Shown here in pieces: positions 19,086 to 27,483 of a stretch of DNA of 64,000 nucleotides. The notes under the pieces are model-generated. The model had not been told where the DNA came from and ran no database searches. It saw only the letters and a program-made list of their open reading frames with translations. A program made the translations under genes and the position numbers. The stretch lies in contig CAVXBV010000010.1 of NCBI GenBank assembly GCA_963760125.1, positions 3,342 to 67,341 of the forward strand, written 5' to 3'. Position 1 is the first letter of the stretch, and every line of letters begins with the position of its first letter. The DNA is from an uncultured Actinomycetota bacterium (GTDB taxonomy: Bacteria > Actinomycetota > Actinomycetes > Mycobacteriales > SCTD01).

Positions 19086-20492
19086 TCACCCGGGAGAACC
19101 CGGCGCGTCCGTCGGAGATCGTCGGACAGGTCGCGATCACGACCGACGTGGCGGCGACGGTGGGTCGCGCTGATCGGGCGCAGCGTGCGTGGGCGCTCGT
19201 CCCGTTGTCGGAGAGGTCCGAAGCGGTGGCTGCCGCCCTCGCGCCGTTGGAGCCGCGGCTCGACGACCTCGCGGAGCTGCTGGCTCGCGAGACCGGCAAG
19301 CCGCTCACCGACAGCCGTGGCGAGCTGGGCTTCTCCCTCGCCTACGGCCGCTGGGCGTGTGCGCGCTCCGAGGTGCTGCAGGACGCGCTGCTCGACGATG
19401 CCGGCGGACGGCTGGCGCTCCGGCGGGTGCCGTACGGCGTCGTCGCTGCCGTGACCCCCTGGAACGCCCCGGTCATCCTCACGCTGCTGAAGGTCGTGCC
19501 CGCTCTCATCGCCGGGAACGCGATCGTCGTGAAGCCCTCCCCGCTGGCGCCGTTCGCCGTGTCCGAGGTGCTGAGGTTGCTGGCGTCCGGACTGCCCCAG
19601 AACCTGGTCGCCACGGTGCATGGAGGCGCCGAGGTCGGCGCGGCGCTGATCGGGCACGCCCGGGTGCGCAAGGTCGCGTTCACGGGGGGCGAGGCGACCG
19701 GCCGGGCGATCGCCCACGCCGCGGCCGACCGGTTGATCCCCGCGGTGCTCGAGCTCGGGGGCAACGATCCCGCGGTCTTCCTCGGCGACGCGGACCTGCG
19801 CGACGAGGCGATGGACCGGCTGGTGATGGCCTCGTTTGCGACCGCCGGCCAGGTGTGTATGGCGGCCAAGCGCCTCTACGTCCACCGGTCGATCGCCGAC
19901 TCCTTTGTCGAGTCCTATGTCGCCGCAGCGGCCCGGGTCCTGGTGACCGGCGACCCACTCGAGAGCCGGCGTGACGATGGGCCCGGTCGTCACCGCCGAG
20001 GCGGCCACGCGCGTGCGGGGGCTTGCTCGGTCGAGGGGACGGCGCACGCCTTGGGTTCGCTGCGCGACCTGGGCGACGGCTACTTCGTCCCGCCCGTCCT
20101 GGTGACCGGGCGTGGCGGACGACGCGCCGCTCGTGGCGACCGAGCAGTTCGGCCCCGCCGTACCCCTGCTGGTCTTCGACGACGAGGACGAGGTCGTCGG
20201 CCGCGCTAACGCCGGGGAGCTCGGGCTGGGCGCGAGCGTGTGGTCCCGCGACGAGGAGCGCGCTTTTGCCCTCGCCTCGCGGATCGAGGCGGGGTTCGTG
20301 TTCGTCAACACGCACAACCGCACCGGCATGGCGCTGCGCGCGCCGTTCGGTGGGGTGAAGTCCAGCGGCTACGGCCGCGAGTACGGCGACGAGGGCCTGC
20401 TCGCCTACACGCAGACCTGCGTCACCCATGCCCCCGCGCCGTTCCGGGCCGGCGGTGCCGGGTCAGGCGCGAGCGCCTACCCGACCGGCTGA
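19082..20492 (+). CDS. Aldehyde dehydrogenase, frameshifted (probable sequencing indels or recent pseudogene)
   Basis: PWNAP, FTGG, ELGGND and GQVC lie in the first frame; EQFGP and PFGGVKSSGYGRE lie in another. Breaks occur around 19965-20110. Confidence 0.85.
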
Positions 20493-20511
20493 GTGGCCCC
20501 CCCGGGAACGA

Positions 20512-20548
20512 CGAAGCCGGGGTGGCCGCAACGGCCACCCCGGCTTCG
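20512..20548. terminator. Bidirectional GC-rich hairpin between convergent genes
   Basis: CGAAGCCGGGGTGGCCG-caa-CGGCCACCCCGGCTTCG, a perfect 17-bp stem. Confidence 0.8.
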
Positions 20549-20560
20549 GAGCCCTGAGTG

Positions 20561-21196
20561 CTACTTGCCGTAGACGTAGGCCCCATCGCCGGCAGCCTCG
20601 TCGATCTGGGGAACCGTCACCGCCACGCCGCTGAAGCGAGTGTGGCCGGACAGGCTCTCGATCGCCGTCCCGTTCTTGACCGCCTTGGGGATCAGCGACA
20701 CCGGCACCGTCCAGGTGATCGTCTTGTCCTTGACCGTGATGCTGTCGAGCTTGACCGACTCCGAGGTGGACGTGGCACTCGCCTGCGTGTAGCCAGGGCA
20801 GTTGTGCTGCAGGGTCTGCGTGTCAGTGCCGCTCGCTGGCTTGGTGTAGTTCAGCCAGAACGTCGAGCAGTCCGCAGTCGCTGTCGTGACGCGGTAGATG
20901 GTCCCTGCGGCCGGTGCTCCCGCCAGGGTCATGGTGACGCTGAAACCCGTGGGCTTGGATGCCGTGCCGGTGGTCGTCCACGAGATGCTCACGATGTCGC
21001 CGCCGCTGTAGCTCGACGGGGTGGCCGTGCCCGGCAAGTCCTCGAAGCCCTGACCGTTGAGCCCGTTGCCGTCACCGGCCGGGTCGGTGATCGTGACGGC
21101 CTTGAAGGCAGGGGCGGCGGCCTGCGCGCTCGCACCGGCGGCGAGCGCCAGAGCGGTCACAGCAACGGCACCGGAACGGACGAGGGATGAGCGCAT
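20561..21196 (-). CDS. Secreted hypothetical protein
   Basis: Signal peptide MRSSLVRSGAVAVTALALAAGASAQA; ITDPAGD motif; Thr-rich beta-type sequence; GGAG RBS. Confidence 0.75.
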   Translation of the reverse strand: MRSSLVRSGAVAVTALALAAGASAQAAAPAFKAVTITDPAGDGNGLNGQGFEDLPGTATPSSYSGGDIVSISWTTTGTASKPTGFSVTMTLAGAPAAGTIYRVTTATADCSTFWLNYTKPASGTDTQTLQHNCPGYTQASATSTSESVKLDSITVKDKTITWTVPVSLIPKAVKNGTAIESLSGHTRFSGVAVTVPQIDEAAGDGAYVYGK

Positions 21197-21291
21197 GCTG
21201 GTCTCCTGCGGCTGGGTGAGGTGATGAACGGGGATTCGCGATCTCGCGGGCAATTCCTGCCCGTCCGGAGGGACGAGTTTCGCGACGTCTG

Positions 21292-22185
21292 CTACTGGTA
21301 GCTGGGCTCGGTCCAGGGACCGATCGAGCGGGAGCGGACCGGCTCGATGAAGCGGGGCGCCGCGCTGTGCGGGTAGCCGTCGCCCCAGTTGGTGGGCGTG
21401 CCGTTCATCTCGACGCTCGCGTCGTCGGTGTACCAGTCGACGAGGTCGCTGTCGGACCGGACGATCCACGTGCAGCCGAGCTCGGCGTCGGCGGTGAAGT
21501 CTCCGTGGCGGATGAGGGCCGGGCGCCAGAAGTACGTGCCCGGCCACATCTTGCCGTAGTTGTAGTCGAAGCCGCCGGCGAGGCAGTAGGCCTCCTCGCT
21601 GCACGGGTGGTGCGCCAGCGGCTTCTCGACCCAGCCCGGCTTGGCCTTGATGAGCCGGCTGTAGAAGCCGGTCTTCTCGTCGCGGTGCAGCATCTTGATG
21701 TAGAGGCCAGGCACCGGCGTGCCGCCGAGGTCAAAGCGCATGGGACTGCCGTCCTTGACGTCGATCCACGGCATCTCTGCGGTGTTGAGAACGATGAGCC
21801 TTTGGTCCTCGCGCACCGACGTCAGCGACTCGTCCGCGGGCGTGAAGCCCCAGTCGCCGAACTCGCGGTACAGCAGCACCTCGGTGCCGGCCGTCACAGT
21901 GATCGCCGGGGTCCACACGCCGATCGGCGCGTGCCAGTAGCCCTCGGCGCCGAGCACGGTGTCGCCGATCGTGACGGACCCCGAGAGCACGAGCCACTCC
22001 GTCTCGGCGACGTGCACGCCCGCGGGGCGGGACCAGTCGCTGGTGAAGCGGACCTTGACCGACGCGGAGCCGTCCTCCTCGTCGTAGGAGAGGTTGCGCT
22101 GCTCCGCGGTACCTGTGGCATGCGCGAACTCGGCGAGGTGCCAGATCAGGTCTCGCTCGTCCACCAGCTCGACATGGGGGCGCAT
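21292..22185 (-). CDS. Bicupin protein (DUF4437/ChrR-like)
   Basis: Two cupin motifs: GVHVAETEWLVLSG and HHPCSEEAYCLAG...YFWRPALIRHG. Confidence 0.75.
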   Translation of the reverse strand: MRPHVELVDERDLIWHLAEFAHATGTAEQRNLSYDEEDGSASVKVRFTSDWSRPAGVHVAETEWLVLSGSVTIGDTVLGAEGYWHAPIGVWTPAITVTAGTEVLLYREFGDWGFTPADESLTSVREDQRLIVLNTAEMPWIDVKDGSPMRFDLGGTPVPGLYIKMLHRDEKTGFYSRLIKAKPGWVEKPLAHHPCSEEAYCLAGGFDYNYGKMWPGTYFWRPALIRHGDFTADAELGCTWIVRSDSDLVDWYTDDASVEMNGTPTNWGDGYPHSAAPRFIEPVRSRSIGPWTEPSYQ

Positions 22186-22267
22186 GGTCTCTCCTCGATC
22201 GGGGCCGCTTATCCGATACGGAACGTACTGCTATCTGATTAGCAGCACAAGATGTACCGTCAATGCC

Positions 22268-22834
22268 GTGACCAGACCCGGGCGTCCCGCTGGCCCCACC
22301 GCCGAGACCGCCGTCGTCGTGCTGACCGCAGCCCTCGACCTGCTGCTCGCTGAGGGGGTGGGAGCGCTGACGCCCCAGCGGCTCCACACCGCGAGCGGGG
22401 TGTCGCGCTCGACGGTGTACCGGCACTGGCCGACCGCTCACGCGGTGCTCGAGGCGCTCGTGGACGTCGCGCCCGAACGCCCGCACCCGCCGACCGGTGA
22501 CCTTGCTCTAGATCTCCACGAGCAGGTCGACGTGCTGTGCAACCGCCTGCGGGACAAGCCGGTGGCGGCGTTCCTGCAGGCCCTCGTCGCCGCGTCCGCC
22601 TCAGACCCGGACGCTGCGGAGCTCCGGCGGAGGTACGTCGGAGACCTGCTGGCGCCGTTCGACCAGGCTCTGCGCGCCGGGGGTGTGAGCCGGCAGGGCC
22701 AGCGCGACGAGATCGTCGCCGTGCTCGTCTCGCCGCTGCTGCTTGACGCGCTGCTGCTCGACAAGCCCACGGCCCGTACGCGCGCCCACCGACTGGTCGA
22801 CGACGCGCTCGTCGGGTTGGAGGTGCCCCGATGA
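22268..22834 (+). CDS. TetR/AcrR family transcriptional regulator
   Basis: AALDLLLAEG...SGVSRSTVYRHWP helix-turn-helix. Confidence 0.9.
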   Translation: MTRPGRPAGPTAETAVVVLTAALDLLLAEGVGALTPQRLHTASGVSRSTVYRHWPTAHAVLEALVDVAPERPHPPTGDLALDLHEQVDVLCNRLRDKPVAAFLQALVAASASDPDAAELRRRYVGDLLAPFDQALRAGGVSRQGQRDEIVAVLVSPLLLDALLLDKPTARTRAHRLVDDALVGLEVPR

Positions 22835-23574
22835 CGAACCGGGTAGGGCCGCGCGCCGTGTTCGGGGTCATCGTTCCGAGCACCAACACCGTCGTCGAGC
22901 ACGACTACTGGAGGGCAGGGGTCGACGGGATCGCCTATCGCGCCGGCTCCATGCACATCCCGAACCCCGTGATGAACGACGACGAGGGCTTCGAGGCGCT
23001 CCTCGGCCAGATCCGGGCCTCGATCGACACAGCGGTGCGCGACGTGCTGACCGCGGAGCCCGACCGGATGGTCATGGGCATGTCGGCCGAGACGTTCTGG
23101 GGCGGGATCGAGGGCAACGCAGCCTTCGAGCAGCGGCTTAGGGACCGCACCGGCCTGCCGGTCACGACCGGCGCGAGCTCCTGCCGTGCCGCTCTCCACG
23201 AGCTCGGCTGCCGCCGGATCGCCGTCTTCTCGCCGTACCAACCGGTGGCGGACCGCGAGGTGGGTCGCTTCTTCACCGAGGCGGGGTTCGTCGTTGAGGC
23301 GATCACCGGCCTGCGGTGCCCGACCGCCATGGACATCGCCAAGGTGCCGGACGATCGACTGCTCGACGTCGTCGCCGAGATCGACTCCCCGGACGTCGAC
23401 GCGATCGTGCAGGTGGGCACGAACCTGTCCTTCGTCGCCCTGGCCGATCGGCTCGAGGCTGTGCTCGAGAAGCCCGTCATCGCCATCAACAGCGCCACCC
23501 TGTGGTCGGCCCTGCGCGAGCACGGGTTCGACGACCGGGTCGAGGGTGCGGGGCAGCTCCTCCGCGAGCACTGA
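22831..23574 (+). CDS. Maleate isomerase/arylmalonate decarboxylase (Asp/Glu racemase superfamily) protein 1
   Basis: GVIVPSTNTVVE, FSPYQP, GTNL and KPVIAINSA motifs. Confidence 0.85.
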   Translation: MTNRVGPRAVFGVIVPSTNTVVEHDYWRAGVDGIAYRAGSMHIPNPVMNDDEGFEALLGQIRASIDTAVRDVLTAEPDRMVMGMSAETFWGGIEGNAAFEQRLRDRTGLPVTTGASSCRAALHELGCRRIAVFSPYQPVADREVGRFFTEAGFVVEAITGLRCPTAMDIAKVPDDRLLDVVAEIDSPDVDAIVQVGTNLSFVALADRLEAVLEKPVIAINSATLWSALREHGFDDRVEGAGQLLREH

Positions 23575-23588
23575 GCTGGTCAGGGATC

Positions 23589-23629
23589 TTGACCATCCGG
23601 CCGTGTTCCGCTTAGCGTGACAGCGTTCC
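23589..23629 (+). promoter_or_regulatory. Internal promoter TTGACC-N18-TAGCGT with an overlapping degenerate operator (GTGAC-AGC-GTTCC)
   Basis: Same -10 hexamer as the promoter at 28997; GTTCCGCT occurs twice. Confidence 0.55.
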
Positions 23630-23641
23630 GCTAACGAGGAG

Positions 23642-24445
23642 ATGCGCGTGCCGGTCAGCCAAGAGGTCAAGACGATCACCCAGATGCTCGACGAGGCGCC
23701 GGACGTCGACGTCCGAGCGAGCTGGGAGTCCCTGTGGGGCATCCTCACCGAGCTCAAGGACCGCATCGCGGCGGAGTTCGACATCGCCCCGCACCCGAGC
23801 ACGGCCGATCACGCCTACTACGAGACCGGCGGGTTCGAGGGCTCCCTCAACGCCTTCACCGGGCCGGAGGCGGAGTGGGTCGTCCACTCGTGGATCGGCA
23901 ACCGGAGCGCCTCGATCCTGGACATGAACATCACCGTCTGGCTCGGCCCGCAGATCGACGCTCCGCACCTGTGCCTGGTCTTCGGCACCGTCCCGCACCT
24001 GTTCCACTACAGCGACCTCATCGCGCGCCGCGACCTCGCGACCGACCTCGACCACCTCAACCGCTACTACGAGCCGGAGAACGCCGACTACCTCGCCTTC
24101 CGCGGCGACGAGCGCTTCACCTGGTCGGTCAGCCACGGCTCCTACATGCGCGCCGTCACCTCCCCGGTCGCGCACTCCTACATGGCCGAGCGCACGCCGG
24201 AGAACATCGAGGTGCTCCGGGGGTACGTCATGAAGCGCTTCGAGCGTTGGCTCGAGTACGTCCGCAACGCGCCTGCCGTACCGCCGGAGGAGCGGGACGC
24301 GCTGCGCGCCCGCGACCACGAGCTGCGGCGCAACTGCTACCAGCTCGACCCGATGAACGCCCTCGCCGCCCGCGCCATGGGAGAGGACACCGTCGCGACG
24401 ATGGTGGCTCTCCGCTCGGGCGAAGCCCAGATGGCAGGCCAGTGA
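23642..24445 (+). CDS. Red chlorophyll catabolite reductase-like protein 2
   Basis: Colinear paralog of 14171: EWVVHSWIG, ITVWLGPQIDAPH, DLIARRDLATDLDHLNRYYE and LRARD. Confidence 0.8.
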   Translation: MRVPVSQEVKTITQMLDEAPDVDVRASWESLWGILTELKDRIAAEFDIAPHPSTADHAYYETGGFEGSLNAFTGPEAEWVVHSWIGNRSASILDMNITVWLGPQIDAPHLCLVFGTVPHLFHYSDLIARRDLATDLDHLNRYYEPENADYLAFRGDERFTWSVSHGSYMRAVTSPVAHSYMAERTPENIEVLRGYVMKRFERWLEYVRNAPAVPPEERDALRARDHELRRNCYQLDPMNALAARAMGEDTVATMVALRSGEAQMAGQ

Positions 24446-25287
24446 TGCGCGTCCTCGTGCTCGGCGCCGGCCTGGTCGGCCGCGAGCTCTCCGAGCGCCT
24501 GCTGAGCGACGGCCATGAGGTCGTTGCCACCACCACGACCGAGGCCAAGGTCCCGGATCTCGAGCAGGTCGCGACCGAGGTCCACGTCCTGCGGGGCTCT
24601 GACACCGACGCGGTGGCCAAGGCTGCCGTGGGTGCGGACGCTGTGGTCGTGTGCGTCGGGCCCGATGCCCGGCGAGCCATGACGCCCGAGGAGCGCGCCG
24701 CGACGTACGACGAGGTGCTGGTGCAGACGGCCCGCAGCGTCGTCGCTGCCGTGCCGCGGGAGGCGCGGATCGTCGCGTTGTCGAGCCTGAGCGTGTACGG
24801 CGATGCGGCCGATGCCCTCGAGGTCGTCACCGAGGACGCGCCGCTGACCGCGGACGACGACGCCAGCCCGCAGAAGTTCCAGGAGATGGAGCAGATCTAC
24901 CTCGGCCGCGGCAACGCCGTGGTCTTCCGGTGCTCGGACATCTTCGGCGCCAACGACCCACCGATCGCGGACAAGGTCCGCTTCGCCCACACCGTCCTCA
25001 AGGGGTCGGTGCCGTTCAGCGCTGGCGCGCTGTTCTACCGGGTGCACGTGGACGACGTCCTCAGCGCGATCGAGCACGCGGTGACGCACGACCTGGACGG
25101 CGTCTACAACCTCACCCACGCCGACGTTCCCGCCAGCAACCAAGAGCGCTTCGACGCGATCAGCGCGGAGCAAGGTCTCCCTGCGCTCCAGTACCGCGAC
25201 GAGCTCAAGGCGCCGTCCCGCCCGATCAGCGTTTCCCGTCTCGCGGAAACCGGTTTCGCCACCTCACGCACGCCCGTGGAGCGCTGA
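24445..25287 (+). CDS. NAD(P)-dependent oxidoreductase (extended/atypical SDR)
   Basis: VLVLGAGLVG Rossmann motif, SSLSVYGD and RVHVDD; TGATG coupling. Confidence 0.85.
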   Translation: MRVLVLGAGLVGRELSERLLSDGHEVVATTTTEAKVPDLEQVATEVHVLRGSDTDAVAKAAVGADAVVVCVGPDARRAMTPEERAATYDEVLVQTARSVVAAVPREARIVALSSLSVYGDAADALEVVTEDAPLTADDDASPQKFQEMEQIYLGRGNAVVFRCSDIFGANDPPIADKVRFAHTVLKGSVPFSAGALFYRVHVDDVLSAIEHAVTHDLDGVYNLTHADVPASNQERFDAISAEQGLPALQYRDELKAPSRPISVSRLAETGFATSRTPVER

Positions 25288-25288
25288 C

Positions 25289-26071
25289 GTGAAGACCGCC
25301 GTCATCACCGGGAGCAGCCGCGGCATCGGCTTCGGCCTGGCGCGCGAGCTCATGGCCCGCGGCACCAACGTGGTCATCACCGGTCGGTCGCAGGAGACCG
25401 TCGACAAGGCCGTGGCCGAGCTCGGCGACTCCGAGCGCGTCCTCGGCATCGCCTGCGACGTCACCTCCGCCGCGTCGGTGCAGGGCCTCTGGGACGCCAG
25501 CACTGCCCGCTTCGGCCGCGTGGACCTCTGGATCAACAACGCTGGCACGACCACCAACCCGCTGCCGCTGTGGGAGGTCACGAGCGAGGAGGTCAAGCAG
25601 ACCGTGGAGACCAACCTGCTGGGCACCGTCTACGGGATGCAGGTCGCGATCCGCGGGATGCTCGCGCAGGGTGGCGGTCAGGTCTTCAACGTCGAGGGCA
25701 TGGGTTCCAAGGGAGAGATCCAGAAGGGCCTGCTGCCCTATGCCTGCACGAAAGCGGCTGTCGGCTACCTCGACAAGGCAGTGCTGAAGGAGCTCAAGGG
25801 GTCGAACGTCCAGGTCATCAGCGTGCGCCCCGGCATCAACGTCACCGAGCACCTCATGCACGGCAGCGAGCACCTCGGTGAGGAGCGGCTGGCCAAGACC
25901 AAGAAGGTCTTCAACATCTTGGGCGACCTGCCCGAGACGACCACGCCCTGGCTCGCCGACAAGATCCTGTCCACGACCAAGACGGGCACCAAGATCGCCT
26001 GGTTGAGCACCCCGAAGATCGCCTGGCGGTTCACCAAGGCGCCTTTCGTGAAGCGCGACCTCTTCGGGTGA
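25289..26071 (+). CDS. SDR oxidoreductase, chlorophyll b reductase (NOL/NYC1)-like 1
   Basis: TGSSRGIG, DLWINNAG, FNVEGMGSKG, YACTK, RPGINVTEHL and FNILGD motifs. Confidence 0.85.
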   Translation: MKTAVITGSSRGIGFGLARELMARGTNVVITGRSQETVDKAVAELGDSERVLGIACDVTSAASVQGLWDASTARFGRVDLWINNAGTTTNPLPLWEVTSEEVKQTVETNLLGTVYGMQVAIRGMLAQGGGQVFNVEGMGSKGEIQKGLLPYACTKAAVGYLDKAVLKELKGSNVQVISVRPGINVTEHLMHGSEHLGEERLAKTKKVFNILGDLPETTTPWLADKILSTTKTGTKIAWLSTPKIAWRFTKAPFVKRDLFG

Positions 26072-26646
26072 TCCGCTGGGCACGGGCGGCTGCGTACTTC
26101 GCCTTTTGCCTCGTGGCCGCCGCGGTCTCCGGTGTCCTCGGGGACGTGGTGCACCTCGTCGGGGACCCCGACCCGCTGGCGGTCGCCGGCTGCCTGGCCC
26201 TCGAGGTCGTGGCGTACGGCGTGATCTGGCCGATCGGGACCTATGTGCTCGACCGTCCGCGGGACTGGGTGTCACCGGTGTTCGGCCTGGTCTGGGGCGT
26301 CTGCGAGGGAATGCTCCTGCTGTCCGGGTACGTGCTCGTCGAGCAGCTGGGGTTCGGGAAGGTCCTCACCGTCGTGCTCGCCTTCCTGCTCCTGTCGGCC
26401 TTCCAGGGCGGCTGGCACGCGGCCTACTGGGACCCCAAGGTCTCCCCGGACCACAACGTCCCGGAGTGGAACCTGCGCAAGGTGCTGCTCTGCCACGTCC
26501 CCAACCTCGCGGCGACGTTGAGCTTCTACGCCGTGAGCGGTTCGGCGGTGTGGTTCGTGGTGTTCCAGACCGTCAGCCTGGTGCTGTCCTCGACCGCGAT
26601 GCGCTTCCCGCGGCCGTCGCGCGCCGTGGAGTGGTCGCCGGCCTGA
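26068..26646 (+). CDS. Hypothetical integral membrane protein
   Basis: About 6 hydrophobic segments; polar loop WHAAYWDPKVSPDHN; coupled to the upstream SDR. Confidence 0.7.
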   Translation: MIRWARAAAYFAFCLVAAAVSGVLGDVVHLVGDPDPLAVAGCLALEVVAYGVIWPIGTYVLDRPRDWVSPVFGLVWGVCEGMLLLSGYVLVEQLGFGKVLTVVLAFLLLSAFQGGWHAAYWDPKVSPDHNVPEWNLRKVLLCHVPNLAATLSFYAVSGSAVWFVVFQTVSLVLSSTAMRFPRPSRAVEWSPA

Positions 26647-26649
26647 GCG

Positions 26650-27471
26650 TCACAGCCCGAGTCGGTCCGCCGTCGCAACGGTACGACGCGACAACCGCAC
26701 CACGGCCTCATCGATCATCCGTCCGCGGTCGTCGAGCGCGACCCCGCCACCGGAGCTGTCCCAGGCGCTGACCGTCGCGCGCGCCTGAGCCACCTCCTCG
26801 GGGGAGGGGGTGAACACGGACTCGATGACGGCCACCTGGTCGGGGTGAATGGCCGACCGGGCGGCGAAGCCACGTCGGCGCAGGTCACCGGTCGAGGAAC
26901 GCAGTCCTTCGAGGTCCCTGACGTCGAGGTGGACCGGGCCGGTGGGTCCGGACTTGCCGGCAGCGGCGGACGCGATCACCGCAAGGGCGCGAACCGGTCC
27001 CAGCGCGGCCTGCTCGTCCCGGGCGATGCCCAACTCGGCGGCGAGGTCGGCCTCACCGAGCCCGATCTGGCGCACGCGTGGATGGGCTGCGAGCGCCTGC
27101 AGGTCCAGAACGGCGGCTGCGGTCTCGACCAGCGCCGCGAGAGCCATGCCCGGGGGCAGCACCGCTGCCGCACGGTCCAGGGCGGCGAGATCCGCCTTGG
27201 CGAGCACGACACCGGTCAGCCTGGCCACGTCAGCAAGCGCTGCGAGCTCGTCCACCGCGCGCGGACCTGGGTTGACGCGAACCCACACCTCCGGGCCGTC
27301 AGCCGGCACCCCCGGCGCCCAGTCGAGGATGGCGTCGAGCGCGAGGTCCTTGCGGTCCTCAGCCACGGCGTCCTCGAGATCAGCGATGACGGCGTCCCCA
27401 GCCTTAGCCAGCGCCTTCACGAGCCGGTCGGGACGGTCCCCGGGGACGTAGAGGTAGGAACGCGCGGTCAC
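26650..27471 (-). CDS. CitE/HpcH-family CoA-ester lyase
   Basis: RSYLYVPGD, DLEDAV, VRVN, LVET, GEADL and IHPDQ motifs. Confidence 0.9.
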   Translation of the reverse strand: MTARSYLYVPGDRPDRLVKALAKAGDAVIADLEDAVAEDRKDLALDAILDWAPGVPADGPEVWVRVNPGPRAVDELAALADVARLTGVVLAKADLAALDRAAAVLPPGMALAALVETAAAVLDLQALAAHPRVRQIGLGEADLAAELGIARDEQAALGPVRALAVIASAAAGKSGPTGPVHLDVRDLEGLRSSTGDLRRRGFAARSAIHPDQVAVIESVFTPSPEEVAQARATVSAWDSSGGGVALDDRGRMIDEAVVRLSRRTVATADRLGL

Positions 27472-27483
27472 GACTCTCCCGGA

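Noticed and set aside
19965-20110. Programmed frameshifting in the ALDH
   Set aside because: There are several separate indels and no slippery heptamer or stimulatory structure; sequencing error is more likely.
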